64,000 nt of DNA, from the NCBI RefSeq assembly GCF_001194135.2, contig NC_068984.1, forward strand, positions 114,709,488-114,773,487. The letters are read 5' to 3'. This document shows positions 37,560 to 49,965 of this stretch, piece after piece. Each line of letters starts with the position of its first letter. The first letter of the stretch is position 1. The translations under genes were made by a program, and so were the position numbers. Below the pieces are notes generated by a model that saw only the letters and a program-made list of their open reading frames with translations, was not told the DNA's origin and did no database searches. This DNA is from Octopus bimaculoides (Eukaryota).

Positions 37560-37872
37560 CAGCTTTGCCTTACTGGCACTTGTGCTGGTGGCATGTGAAC
37601 AAAACATTGGACTGACTCCTGTGCAGGTGGCACATAAAAAACACCATTTGAATGTGGCCGTTGCCAGTACTGCTAGACTGGCCCTCGTGCAGGTGGCACG
37701 TAAAAAGCACCCACTACACTCTCGGAGTGGTTGGCGTTAGGAAGGGCATCCAGCTGTAGAAACTCTGCCAGATCAGATTGAAGTCTGGTGTAGCCATCCG
37801 CTTCACCACTCCCCAATCAAATTGTCCAACCCATGCTAGCATGGAAAGCAGACGTTAAAGGATGATGATGAT
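37560..37872 (+). mobile_element. RTE-LINE 3' UTR copy
   Basis: gagtggttggcgttaggaagggcatccagctgtagaaac...gcatggaaagcagacgttaaaggatgatgatg. Confidence 0.88.
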
Positions 37873-38461
37873 GAGTATTGTCTTACTAATGTGCACACCT
37901 TGTGGTCTCATCGATGATCCTGATAAACATCTCTTCATGAAAAAGTGGAAGAAAATGGGTTTTGTTTCTTATTTCAGGACCTTTGTAAAGCCAGCATCAT
38001 GAACAAAATCATTGATGCCATGATCAAATACATGCTCACTCCATTCCTTACAAAATTGATAAATCCCAATATCACTTAGATTGCTGGTGTGTGCACATGC
38101 CACTAAAATATCGCTAATAATTTTCTCCAAGTCCAAACTTCAAGTTTCCTGCACAGATTACAATAGCTCCTGTTTAAACAACTACATTTTTCTGAATTGC
38201 TATTACATATGAATTGAAATTTGATAATATTTGCAGTTATTTGTAGCACAGAACGTTGGATTAAATAATCACTTAAATTTATATTTTTCAAGCTTGAATA
38301 AGAGTAGTGACTAAATTTGTTGATTTAATCTCTAATGTCAAGCATCTTCCTTTGTTTTAAATCTACTGGTCAAATGAGTAATATTATAAAAAAAAATTTT
38401 TTTAAGTATTGTTGTTATCATTATAACTTAAGATTGCTTTCAATTTAATATTTTGCTTCAG

Positions 38462-38596
38462 GGTCCTACTTGAAAGACTAATAGTGAATCGCCCTCATCC
38501 ATGGGGTCTGCTTATAACATTCATTGAACTCATCAAAAACCCCCAGTTCAAGTTCTGGTCTCATGAATTCGTGCGTTGTGCTCCTGAAATTGAAAA
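38462..38596 (+). CDS. CNOT1: CNOT1 penultimate coding exon (probable GC donor)
   Basis: [45 protein letters not shown]; ends AA|gcaagt (alternative end at 38600 with a gtatct donor). Confidence 0.95.
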
Positions 38597-38819
38597 GCAA
38601 GTATCTTATAGTCATGACTTATTTTGAAGATTGAACCCACTCTGTTTTATCAAGTATTGAATGCTTTATACTGTATGCACCAGTCTCGTTAAACTAGAAA
38701 TTGATTCAAAACAACTTAATGCAGTATTATTTTTCCTTTAGAATGTTATTTGTTTTGGCTATTAAAAGTGCTCTTCTGAGAAATTTGAATACATATACAC
38801 ACAGTATAATCTGAGTGAT

Positions 38820-39174
38820 GTGGAGGCGCAATGGCCCAGTGGTTAGGGCAGCGGACTCGCGGTCATAGGATCGCGGTTTCGATTCCCAAACTGGGCGTTT
38901 TGAGTGTTTATTGAGCGAAAACACCTAAAGCTCCACGAGGCTCCAGCAGGGGATGGTGGTGAACTCTGCTGTACTCTTTCACCACAACTTTCTCTCACTC
39001 TTACTCCTGTTTCTGTTGTGCCTGTAATTCAAAGGGTCAGCCTTGTCACACTGTGTCACGCTGAATATCCCTAAGAACTACGTTAAGGGTACACGTGTCT
39101 GTGGAGTGCTCAGCCACTTGCACGTTAATTTTATGAGCAGGCTGTTCTGTTGATTGGATCAACTGGAACCCTCG
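38820..39174 (+). mobile_element. tRNA-derived SINE (same family as the 19397 copy), runs into a gap
   Basis: tggaggcgcaatggcccagtggttaggg (A box) ... ggtttcgattcc (B box). Confidence 0.9.
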
Positions 39175-40056
39175 NNNNNNNNNNNNNNNNNNNNNNNNNN
39201 NNNNNNNNNNNNNNNNNNNNNNNNNNNNNNNNNNNNNNNNNNNNNNNNNNNNNNNNNNNNNNNNNNNNNNNNNNNNNNNNNNNNNNNNNNNNNNNNNNNN
39301 NNNNNNNNNNNNNNNNNNNNNNNNNNNNNNNNNNNNNNNNNNNNNNNNNNNNNNNNNNNNNNNNNNNNNNNNNNNNNNNNNNNNNNNNNNNNNNNNNNNN
39401 NNNNNNNNNNNNNNNNNNNNNNNNNNNNNNNNNNNNNNNNNNNNNNNNNNNNNNNNNNNNNNNNNNNNNNNNNNNNNNNNNNNNNNNNNNNNNNNNNNNN
39501 NNNNNNNNNNNNNNNNNNNNNNNNNNNNNNNNNNNNNNNNNNNNNNNNNNNNNNNNNNNNNNNNNNNNNNNNNNNNNNNNNNNNNNNNNNNNNNNNNNNN
39601 NNNNNNNNNNNNNNNNNNNNNNNNNNNNNNNNNNNNNNNNNNNNNNNNNNNNNNNNNNNNNNNNNNNNNNNNNNNNNNNNNNNNNNNNNNNNNNNNNNNN
39701 NNNNNNNNNNNNNNNNNNNNNNNNNNNNNNNNNNNNNNNNNNNNNNNNNNNNNNNNNNNNNNNNNNNNNNNNNNNNNNNNNNNNNNNNNNNNNNNNNNNN
39801 NNNNNNNNNNNNNNNNNNNNNNNNNNNNNNNNNNNNNNNNNNNNNNNNNNNNNNNNNNNNNNNNNNNNNNNNNNNNNNNNNNNNNNNNNNNNNNNNNNNN
39901 NNNNNNNNNNNNNNNNNNNNNNNNNNNNNNNNNNNNNNNNNNNNNNNNNNNNNNNNNNNNNNNNNNNNNNNNNNNNNNNNNNNNNNNNNNNNNNNNNNNN
40001 NNNNNNNNNNNNNNNNNNNNNNNNNNNNNNNNNNNNNNNNNNNNNNNNNNNNNNNN
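39175..40056. other. Assembly gap, expected to hide the CNOT1 terminal coding exon
   Basis: N run; no LFxSVA-like exon seen elsewhere. Other gaps: 5591-6073, 25852-25998, 31043-31140, 58651-58660, 60884-61413. Confidence 0.85.
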
Positions 40057-42060
40057 ATATTTTGAAAATTCTCCATTGGAACTCCTAGACTTACTTTTAA
40101 CCATGCTTTGGTTAAAAGCAATAAATATTTCTAGCTTGGTCAGTTTATCGACTGAGTTTATTTTAATTTTTTTTTTCCTTCTCTCTTTTGACTTACTGGA
40201 ATTTTCATGGTTATTTGCTTTTTGATTGAATTCTAACTTATCAAAAGAATTCCAGTTTACACAAGCTTTTTTTTTCTCTTGCCATATCATTTTAAAAATG
40301 GTTTCTATTTGTGACTTTTGTAAATGCTTATTGAAAATTTTGTATGAAATTCTTTTTGTTTTTCCTTTCTTTCTTTCTTTTGTAAATTTGTTTCTCTTCA
40401 TTTTCAAACCATCTTTTTATATCAAATTCCTGTATAAAAACTGCTGAAATGTGAATCTGTCGATGCAGTTTAAATGTCAATTGTTTTCACTTCCTAAGTG
40501 CCACTGTATCTTTTCTGTTGTGAATATCTCATCTGGATCCAATCATCATCTAGCATATGATATCACCATTTTGTGCAAATAGCCTTACTTAGGGCTCTTG
40601 TGACTCCTTTCTGTGAATATCTCCTATGTAGCTAGAGCATTGGCCTGGTCTGGGATGTCGGGGTGCCATTTCCTCCTTTTGCTTCCCAGTAATGATGTTT
40701 AAAACTGACCTGTTATTAAGGTCTTGGACTTGAACTTTTCAGCAGATGTGAACTTGGATGAGGAGACTTTCAAAGAAGGGTGGGATCTGAAAATAATACA
40801 AACATACATACAACAAAGACAAGGCAGCAAGCAGAACTTGGATATGATTTCTCACCTATGTGATACTTATGCTGAAATTTGAAATAAATTGTTTTTTTTT
40901 TTGTTTTTTTTTTTTGTGCTATATATCATTTTTTCTTCTTCCCCTTTTTATTTAAAACCCAGAAATAATGCTGCTTGATACAGCAATACCTTCATCCCCA
41001 ATAGTGCCATAATCAATTGTAACCATTTCACCAAATGTATTTTTCCATAACTGCAGACTTGACTTGTATATTTTGTCAAACCATGGAGTATTTTCATCCC
41101 CTCTCTCCCTTTTTAAATAAAATTTCTTGGAAGGTTAAGTTTGTGAGAATCTCAAACATGCTTATTTTTTGTTTGTTTTTAATGGTCAGTCTAGTTGAAA
41201 ACTTTTAAAACATCCATCATATTTTAAATTCTCTTAGATGTTCTTTTTTTTTCTCTTTATTTTTAGTATTTATTCCTTTCTTTTTTAATGTTGCAGATTT
41301 CTTAAAACTTGGGTATTAGGTAACATGTGAATCTAATTAAATTAAATTAAAATTAAAATCATAATTTTTGTTCTTAGTTTTCCCTCTCATATTTTTTATT
41401 TCCTCAATTTTGATATCACAGATAAGGTTTAGATTTAGATATTTGTTTTGATCTTATAAGTGTTTTAGTTGCTTTGCTAGTAAATCAACCCTATTATTAT
41501 TTTTTAAAATAGTTTAATACAACTGCATTTAGGATTTTAATAATTTTGGTGGGCAAAGTTAAAACCTTGTACCACATAATACTTAGGCTTATTATGCCAA
41601 TGCTTGTAGATATTACAAGGTCCTGAACCCGACTCATTTTAAATGTGATTGGAAATTTTGATTATATATTAGGTTAATTAGGATAGCTTCAGAACTCAGT
41701 CAGTGAAACTCTTCATTTTCATTGGTTTTTAATTTAATTCTACACTTATACTGTCCTGCATTTCAGTCCATCTTACTCTATAAGTTTGAACCATCTGAAA
41801 CCATATTCTTGTGCACAACAGCTTTTTACTAAACCGTTTATAGTTTGTGTTTTGCCCCTGTATTCTGTGAACATTTATTTTACCTTGTTCTGGTAATATA
41901 AATTTATACTACTTCCTCTTGAGATTCTATAACCATATAATGGTTATATATTTTATGAGCATATTTGCGTACATGTCTTGTCTGCATACACTTTGCTAAT
42001 ATTTGAACTAGATTCCTTTTTAATCACAAATAAAATTAATTTGAATTGATTATTAGGTAT
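40057..42060 (+). other. CNOT1: Probable CNOT1 3' UTR
   Basis: About 2 kb, U-rich on +, with no recognisable SINEs; AATAAA at 40120, 41116 and 42029; lies downstream of the gap expected to hold the last exon. Inference only. Confidence 0.5.
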
Positions 42061-42744
42061 ACAATTTCAAGATGGCAATGTTTATAATTGATACTTTGGG
42101 ATATAATGAAATTGATTTATTGTTGGCTTTATAGTTTAGATTTTTTTTTTTTTTTTTAACAGAACTAAAGTCATTTCTTGTAAGAGAGTGACTTGGTAGT
42201 ATGTATTTTGCTTTTGCTAATTGTTTTTAGGTGCCTATGTAGTCATAAGTAGACATAGGTCCCTTCTTGAGCCTCTTGCTCCATTAGCTACACCAATATT
42301 AAACTGGTACTCATTTCATTTGACTAGACTGGAGCAGTGTAACATAATTCCTTGCTCAAGGACATGACACACTTCCCATCCAGGAATTGAACCCATGACC
42401 TTATGATTGTGAGTCCAACACTCTAAGGGGAGGCGTCTTCACTAAAGTTCTGTATAATAGCTTGGATTGTTATACTTTTTTTTTTTATCCCCTAAATTGT
42501 GTTATTACAAAATTTTTTTTTTTCTCTCAGTATTTTTGAAGGGTAAAATCTAACCTAACTACATAATTTTTCTGAATTTCATTGCCTTGTTCATGAATTT
42601 TGCTGACATCTTAATTTTTTACCCCAACACTCCTGATCGGTATATGATAATTCTCAAACATAAGTTTACTGCAGTGTTTGTCATACCCTTCCATCTCCAT
42701 GATGCATTTTATAGTATCAGAGCCTGCTTAAATCAAAAGTGTTA

Positions 42745-42932
42745 TGACACTATCTGGCCCAAATTTTCTATCAGATTTGGCCTCTCATGCCTGCTCTACA
42801 ATGTCATTCTAAAAATAAACAAACACGTCATTGAAATCCTAAATCTTCAAGATAATGCATGATTAATTCAAAACAGTGTGAATAAATATAGGCATCATAT
42901 TTAATAGAGTAATCTGAATGCTAAGGGATTAA
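42745..42932 (+). mobile_element. TTAA-type MITE (family G)
   Basis: Ends gagtaatctgaatgctaagggattaa; other copies at about 21470-21627 (-), 46013-46212 and 62352-62554. Confidence 0.75.
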
Positions 42933-43924
42933 ACAAAGTATATTATCTTAGAATCGGGAGCAGCCTTGAGTGGGTTGATACCAAATGCTTAAACCAATTG
43001 ACTTCAACATTGTCACTTTGTACAGTACTGCCAAGTTTCCTCATTGCACATTCTTGACATTTTATAATCCTGCAAATTTTCTAAATGATCTTTATTTATT
43101 TATTTTTTTTAAATGGTTGACACAATAATAAGCATATTACATTTCATCTTTTCAGCATATATATATATATTTAATGATTTAAACCCAGGGTTTCTCAAAT
43201 TAACTATCACCTTTTTTTTTTTTCCTGACATTTTTGCTGTAATTCAACAAAATTACATCACCATTGTTTTAATGTCCACTTTTCCATACTTGCATGTCTC
43301 AGATGGAATTTGTTGATTCAGATTCTCTATCTTCAGATGTCATTCCTGTTGCCAAATGAGGTAATATATCACCCAAGCTGAACATGTTTTCATGGAAGGT
43401 TGGAAACAAAGGATACCACTTTTATGACAGTAACACTAATTTCCCAACTTGTATGTGTTGCCAAGACAAGGAGATACTAACAGGCACATGACCAGCTTCT
43501 TTCAGTTTATCTATCACATCAACGCAGAAGGCTTCTGTTGACCTGGAGTATAGTAGATACTTGCTCAAGGGGCCATGCAGTGGCACTGAACCTAAGACCA
43601 TATGGTTAGGAAGTAAACTGTTCAATCACAGCCATAGTTGATTCCTGTTAAAAACTAGCAGAAACATAAATATTTGTCAATATAATATGGAATGTTAGAA
43701 CAATATTTTGATCAGTAATATTGTTTTCAAATTTTGGCACTAAGCCAGCAATTTTGAGGACTAAGTTGATTACATCAGCCCCAGTACTCGACTGGTACTT
43801 TATTGATCCTGAGAGGCAAAGTCCTCAGCAGAACTTGGAATATAAGGATGGACGAAATGCTAAGAATTTTGCCCATTGTGCTAATGATTTTGCTAACTTA
43901 ACTTGCCACCTTTTTTTAATTTTT

Positions 43925-44475
43925 TTATCACTATTAGATGATCCTTGGGCCTCATGGAGTCAATGACAAGTAACCGAGACCTTTGGAGATATGCTGTGCT
44001 TCAGAACTCCCAGCAAGCCAAGTGAGACCGTGGCGTATACCAGTGCAGCATCACCGGCCTATCAAAGAGTACCTTTCAATCATTGGGCAGTAAACTACGC
44101 TTTTGAAGACATGTTGAGTCAAGTGAAGTCGTGGCCGATGACGGTACCGCCTGATTGGCACCTGTGCCGGTGACGCGTAAAAAGCACCATTCCAACATGG
44201 TCGATACCAGTGCCGCATGACTGGTCCTGTGCCAATGGCACGTAAAAAAAAGTACTATTCGAGTTTGATCATTGCCAGTGCTGCTTGACTGGCTCCTGTG
44301 CTGGTGGCACATAAAAAGTACCTACTATACTCTTGGAGTAGTTGGTGTTAGGCAGGCAGGGCATCCAGCTCTGCCAGATAAGATTGGAGCTTGGTGCAGC
44401 CTTCTGGCTTGCTAGCTCTCAGTCAAACCGTCCAATCCATGCCAGCATGGAAAGCGGACATTAAACGATGATGAT
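43925..44475 (+). mobile_element. RTE-like LINE 3' end (C-terminal codons plus 3' UTR with subrepeats)
   Basis: accgagacctttgg shared with the 25577 copy; ends gcatggaaagcggacattaaacgatgatgat. Confidence 0.85.
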
Positions 44476-44924
44476 AATCTATATTCAATAAAAATGCCAA
44501 ATAATTTTGAAATTTAAGGCAGTTAAAAGATGAACTTATCACCCACTCTTTTTGACTCCCAATACTATTATATAAAAGTTTCCACTTTCCTACCAGGCTC
44601 TGGTGGCACCAACCACTCTGACAAGGACTGATCAAAACTAATGAGGGCCTAAAACAATTATCTGTTCATCAATCATCTTAGAATTTACTAGTGTAGAATT
44701 ATTGACATTTTTTTGTGCTTATTTTTTAAAATCTAAATTTTTTTTTTTTTAGCCTTTTATGGCTGCCATAATCAAAATGTATTGCATTTACAAAAATTTG
44801 GTATCCCCACCCTTTTTTTTTTCTGTTGCTCAGAATGGTGAAAAAAAAAAAAAATCCCAAATGAAATTTTGTGTAACCATTCATGTGATAATGAATTTAT
44901 TTTAATATGAACATTAACGTGCGG

Positions 44925-45098
44925 GTGACACGTAAAAGCACCCACTACACTCTGAGTGGTTGGCGTTAGGAAGGGCATCCAGCTGTAGAAACTCTGCCAA
45001 ATCAGATTGGAGGCTGGTGTAGCCATCCGGTTTCACCAGTCCTCAGTCAAATCGTCCAACCCATGCTAGCATGGAAAGCGGACGATGATGATGATGAT
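44925..45098 (+). mobile_element. Young RTE-LINE 3' UTR copy
   Basis: Near-identical to 26040-26225. Confidence 0.88.
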
Positions 45099-45654
45099 TA
45101 ACCCTGTCAAGCCATGGCAGGAATGGCTTAATTGTCTTCTGTACCAAATTCCCACTAAAGCAGTAATGATCAATGTGCACAGAAAACGATGGTAAAATAC
45201 TAAAATCAACTTGCAGCTTTGTCGTCAAGTGTGTTTGTTTCTAACTCATAGGTGTTGTTTGCTTTTGTTTTTAATTGTGAAGAAAAAAAAACGATATGTG
45301 ATGAACCCAGCACTTTCTCTTGTAAACTAACAAAGCCTGGATTCTGCAGTTGAGGATATTCTTCGGAGGAAGAGTTTACACTTACGCTGGCAATGGGAGT
45401 GATTCAAACTGGTGTACATGATGAAAGTAACAATTCAAGTGAACAAATATGGTAGTTGACAGAAAGATCTCTTATTCTAAATTTTTTTTTTTTTTTTTTG
45501 TGTGACTTTTCATTTGTTTGTTTGTAATCATTACTCTTGAGCTGTATATGCAAATATTTATTTTTTGATTCAGGATCCCAGGTTTGAGAGGGTAAATTAA
45601 AAGGGTGGTTGGATTGGTGATGTAGGAAATGTAGTGATTTGAGGCTAGTATTGA

Positions 45655-46005
45655 AATAGGTGCAGGCATGGCTGTGTGGTAGAAAGTTTGTTTCCCGGCA
45701 ACACAATTCCCAGTTCAGTCACTGTTTGTCCCCAGACCAACCAAATCCTTGTGGGTGGTTTTGGTAGATGGAAATTGAAAGAAGTCCGTCATATTTGTGT
45801 ATGTATATATTACTGTCTCCTTGCCTTGACATAGTGTGATAGCTGTAAACGAGTGTCCTTCATTTCCCGTATTCTGTGAAGATATATCTGTTCATGGGGA
45901 AATATCACCCTACTTGGAAATGGGTGCAGATTAGTGACAGGAAGGGCATCCCACTAGAAAGTTCACTTCAACTAAATCCATCCAATTCATGTGAGTATTG
46001 AAAAG
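45655..46005 (+). mobile_element. SINE with LINE-derived tail
   Basis: Same modules as the 10165 copy. Confidence 0.78.
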
Positions 46006-48323
46006 TAGATTTTAACCTTTAAACTGGCCATATCTGGCCTAAATACTCTGCCTGTTTTATGTTCAAACTGGCCAGATCCAACCTTCTCACACCCACCCTA
46101 AACTAATCACATCATTAAAAGCTTGAAGCTATGAGATAATGCATGCTTAGTTCAGAACAATGTACATAAATAAGCATCATATTTGACAGTAATCTGAATG
46201 CTAAATGGTTAAAATGATGGTTTCATCACCCACCCCTCTTAGTGATCTACTCATGAAAAATATTTCCTCTGCTGAAGGTTTTTTTTTTTTTATACAACCA
46301 TTCCCATTTGCTGTATTCATTAAGTAACAATATTTGTTTATGCCTGGCTTTTAATACTTGCACTTTGATTTCAAGTTCTATTATTTTTCTGTTCTATCTG
46401 TCAGTATATCAATTCCCTTTTTTAGTGACATGCTGTTTCTATTTCACTTTTATGGGTCAAATGGATGATAAGCACCGGTTAAGAATTTTTTGTGTTTTAG
46501 CTCCCTCAAACACCCTGCCCCCTTTTTTTTTTAACCAGAACAGGAACTTGTAATTTTCTTTAAAGAAAAAAGAAATTGCTTAGCCACAGATCAATTGAAT
46601 ATAATTTGAGAGATCTAACTGTTGTTAATGTTGCTAAGCAACCATGAAGTTGCATGCCATCTACCTTTTTATTCATCCCAATGTGCTTGCAACTTCAGCA
46701 TTGCCTTCCTGGTATTTTCACATATCTTTCTTGAACATAAAGATGCTGGTATGGTTGTATGGTAAGAAGTTTCCTAACCACATGGTTCTGGGTTCAGTCC
46801 AACTGCATGGCACCCTGGGCAGGTATCCTCTATAGCCTCAGGTTGAACAAAGACTTGTGAGTGGATTTGGTAAACAGAAACTGAAAGAAGCCAGTTGTAT
46901 ATATATATATATATATATTTTTTTTTTTATACTCTGCTTTTGCTGGTTTCAGTCATAGAACCAGTGATAAGGCTGGGACACTGTTTTCAAGAGTTTTGTT
47001 TAATTATATCAACTTGCCTGTCCATTACCCATCTCTTTATCTTAACTGGTTACATTCCATCCTCCCATTTTTAAGAGTTACTTCCCTTTCGGCAATAAAT
47101 ATCAACTCAATGGTTTTAGTACAATTCAACTCAAGCCCTATTAGTCACTTATCCAAGGTGCCACTCACTAGCATGGTTGTGAAGTATCCTTTCTAACTAC
47201 TCCACTACTTTTTTTTTTTTCTATTTTAAAGCTCAAGGGTTGGGGGCCAGGATTATTCCTAAACAATTGTGTAGGAAATGCATTGACAACTGAATTTAAT
47301 GTCTGTTGCCACTAATGATATAACTAGATTTTTATTTAATTAATAATTTCTCCTTTCATTTTACAGCCACTCTAGCTGTAAAATGATCACAAATTTAAAG
47401 TGGGTTAAGGATGAGAATTCTGTTGCACAGCCTTACCTTAAAAACAAATGTTGCATTAGCATAAGTTTAAAATTCAAACTGTTTTGGAGTAAGTATAGTT
47501 CAATGCAAGTTTTCCTTTTTAAACCACCTCCCCTGTATCACTTGGTATTGCATTCTTTTCAACTAATCTTGAGTGCAATGTCTGTCATAAACACCATTTT
47601 GAGACAAAAAGAAATATAGGTTTTACTAACAGAATGCAAACCATTTACCTATTTGCTTCAGTCTAAAATTTTTACTTATGTTAACATTTACATCAATCCA
47701 CGAACATTCTTCTACATTACTGCTGTCCTGAGTTCTGTGAAACTTTCATAAAGCAAAATTAAAAAAAAAAAAATCTATATATTCAGACAATAATTTCAGT
47801 GTTGCATCACTACTACTGTGATTGCTGTTTCTCTTGCCTGTTTGCAGGGAGATGTCTATAAGAAAAGAATACACATAGATATTTCTATGAAGTTACATTC
47901 TAGAATTACAGCAAAGATAATCTAATGTAGATTACTTTTGCAGAAATAATGTTATGCATTTGTTGGTCAGACTTGTCAGGTGACATAATCAGTAATGGTT
48001 ATTTTTGGTGTTGGTTATACAATATATATATGGTTTGATTGTTTTTCTTATCTAGCTGGGTTGCAGCTGTACCTGACTAGTGAAGCCAATGGAGCTGATG
48101 TTGAGTTTCCAGTGCTTAGATATTTTGAATCTGTTAGGTTGAAATACATTTGGTGTAAGTAATTGGTGCAGGTGTGGCTATGGTGAAGTAGTTTGCTTCC
48201 CAGCAGCATGGTTTCAGGTTCGGTCCCACTGGTGGACTCTACATTTGTATTAACATTACCTATCAGAGCAAAGTTTAAATACAAAGTAGCCTGGGTACCA
48301 GGGATGAGTTAAGAGAGAGAATT

Positions 48324-48356
<33 letters not shown>

Positions 48357-48569
48357 CTTGAAAAAAAAAAAGAATTTTATGTTAGTAAGAAGTGGCAGGT
48401 ATGGTTCATGTTAGATAAATGTCAAACGATGTTTGTGTCAAGAAGGAGAATTATCCAATAGACTTTGGTTTTATTGGTCATATTTGTCAGGAAAAAAACA
48501 GAAACTGAAACTCATGAATTGGTGCTATTGACTTCAATTACTTATAAGTAATTGAATGTTTGTATTTGT

Positions 48570-48905
48570 GTGGTTGAGAAGTTTGCTTCCTAACCACAAG
48601 GTTTCAGGTGCAGTCTCGCTATCTAGGCTAGGTTCTACAATAGCCCCGAGTCAACCAAAGCTTTATAAGTGGATTTGACAGATGGAAACTGAAAGAAGCC
48701 TGTCATATAAAAGTATATGTATGTACATTTGTGTTTCCTTGTCTTGACATCATGTGATAGTTGTAAATGAATACAATTGTCATACAAGCATTTCATTTCC
48801 AACATTCTGCATAAACATGTCTGACCAAAGAGGAAATATTACTTTGCTTGGAAAAGAAGGGCATCTGGCCAAAAAAAATCTGCAAGCATAGAAAAGTGGA
48901 CGATT
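48570..48905 (+). mobile_element. SINE with LINE-derived tail
   Basis: Same modules as the 10165 copy. Confidence 0.75.
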
Positions 48906-48959
48906 TGTGTCAGGCATTCATCTAAGAGGAATAGAATTCTGGTTAGAGAATCCACAGCA

Positions 48960-49120
48960 TTGTGAACCAAAGGCAACCATCCACAGTGAACCTAGACATC
49001 TGAATTGGAGATCACTGACCAGTCACAATTCCAACAGAAGATACCATATAATGTGAGGATCAGATATTGATTCAAGATCCAACTTGTTTGTAGTAAGCCA
49101 TCTTTTTTTCAGCTACCCAT
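48960..49120 (+). mobile_element. Possible highly decayed LINE endonuclease fragment
   Basis: Remnants resembling WRS...HNQIDYIM...GxDIDSDHNL, but only with frameshifts. Confidence 0.35.
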
Positions 49121-49659
49121 CCTGTTCTTCACATATTCTTAGGGCGAGTTATGGAATGACTACAATGCATCACAGAGGTATTTACAAGGGATGACAAGGT
49201 GTGTGACCAGACCAGTGGAAGTGTCTTTTGAACAAGACTTCTCGTAAGTAGCCCAACTGAAGTCAGTGAGTATGGGGAGGCCTCTTGGGTTACCATTCAC
49301 AAACTGGAGTAGAAGAAAATATGGGTTTATAGGTCTGCTGATTATATAGGACAACCACCAGAGGCATTATTCATGGGCCCTGTTTTTTTTACAAGGTAAG
49401 ATGCAGTTAGAAACAATGTGTTAGGACATCATGGACTCTCTAACTGAGAACTTGACCTGAGGGATTAATAGCATTAACAATACTACAGATAGATAGCCTC
49501 CCAAAGAGGTTGTTTTACTGGACTCTGGTTCCCCTGCAAGTGGAAGCAACCAGGGCTCCTGAATAGGTTACTTTCTTGCAGATGGCAGAAGCATATATAA
49601 GAAATGTGGTGCTATATCACATTGAAACATTGGTACTAAATACAGTAATTAGAAAGTAG

Positions 49660-49965
49660 TAAAGGCACATGGCTCAGCAGTTATTGTTGGGCTCACAATC
49701 ATGAGGTAGTGAGTTCGATTCCTGGACTGGGCTCTATGTTGTTTGTGAGCAAGACACTTTATTTCATATAGCTCCAGTTCACTCAGCTGCAGAAATGAGT
49801 TGCAATGTCACTGGTGCCAAGCAGTATCAGGCTTTGCCTTTCCCTTGGATAACATCGGTGGCATGGAGAGGGGTGATTGGTATGCATGGGTGACTGCTAG
49901 TCTTCTATAAACAACCTTGTCCAGATTTGTGCCATTGAGGAGAACTTTCTAGGTGCATCCCCATG
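49660..49965 (+). mobile_element. tRNA-derived SINE (CORE-like central part)
   Basis: A box tggctcagcagtt, B box gagttcgattcc, gagcaagacactt...gctccagttcactcagctg. Confidence 0.75.

Noticed and set aside
38601-38608. GTATCTTA as a U12-type donor
   Set aside because: Does not match GTATCCTT at +6/+8, and no U12 branch site is visible
38742-38770. Acceptor giving K-MLFVFGY* as the CNOT1 C-terminus
   Set aside because: No similarity to the conserved C-terminal helix; cannot be excluded as a minor isoform
38820-38895. tRNA gene (also the heads at 34811, 19710-19784 and 49660)
   Set aside because: A/B boxes are present but continue directly into SINE bodies; no clean cloverleaf end
39046-40407. 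Long ORFs spanning N runs (also at 5480, 10728, 25578 and 60784)
   Set aside because: Their length comes from X codons in assembly gaps
44150-44335. CRISPR-like repeat array
   Set aside because: Eukaryotic context; the units are degenerate tandem subrepeats of a LINE UTR without unique spacers
48115-48162. + strand (K)YFESVRLKYIWCK* as the CNOT1 terminal exon
   Set aside because: Only FESV resembles LFESVA; weak acceptor; lies about 8 kb beyond the UTR-like region
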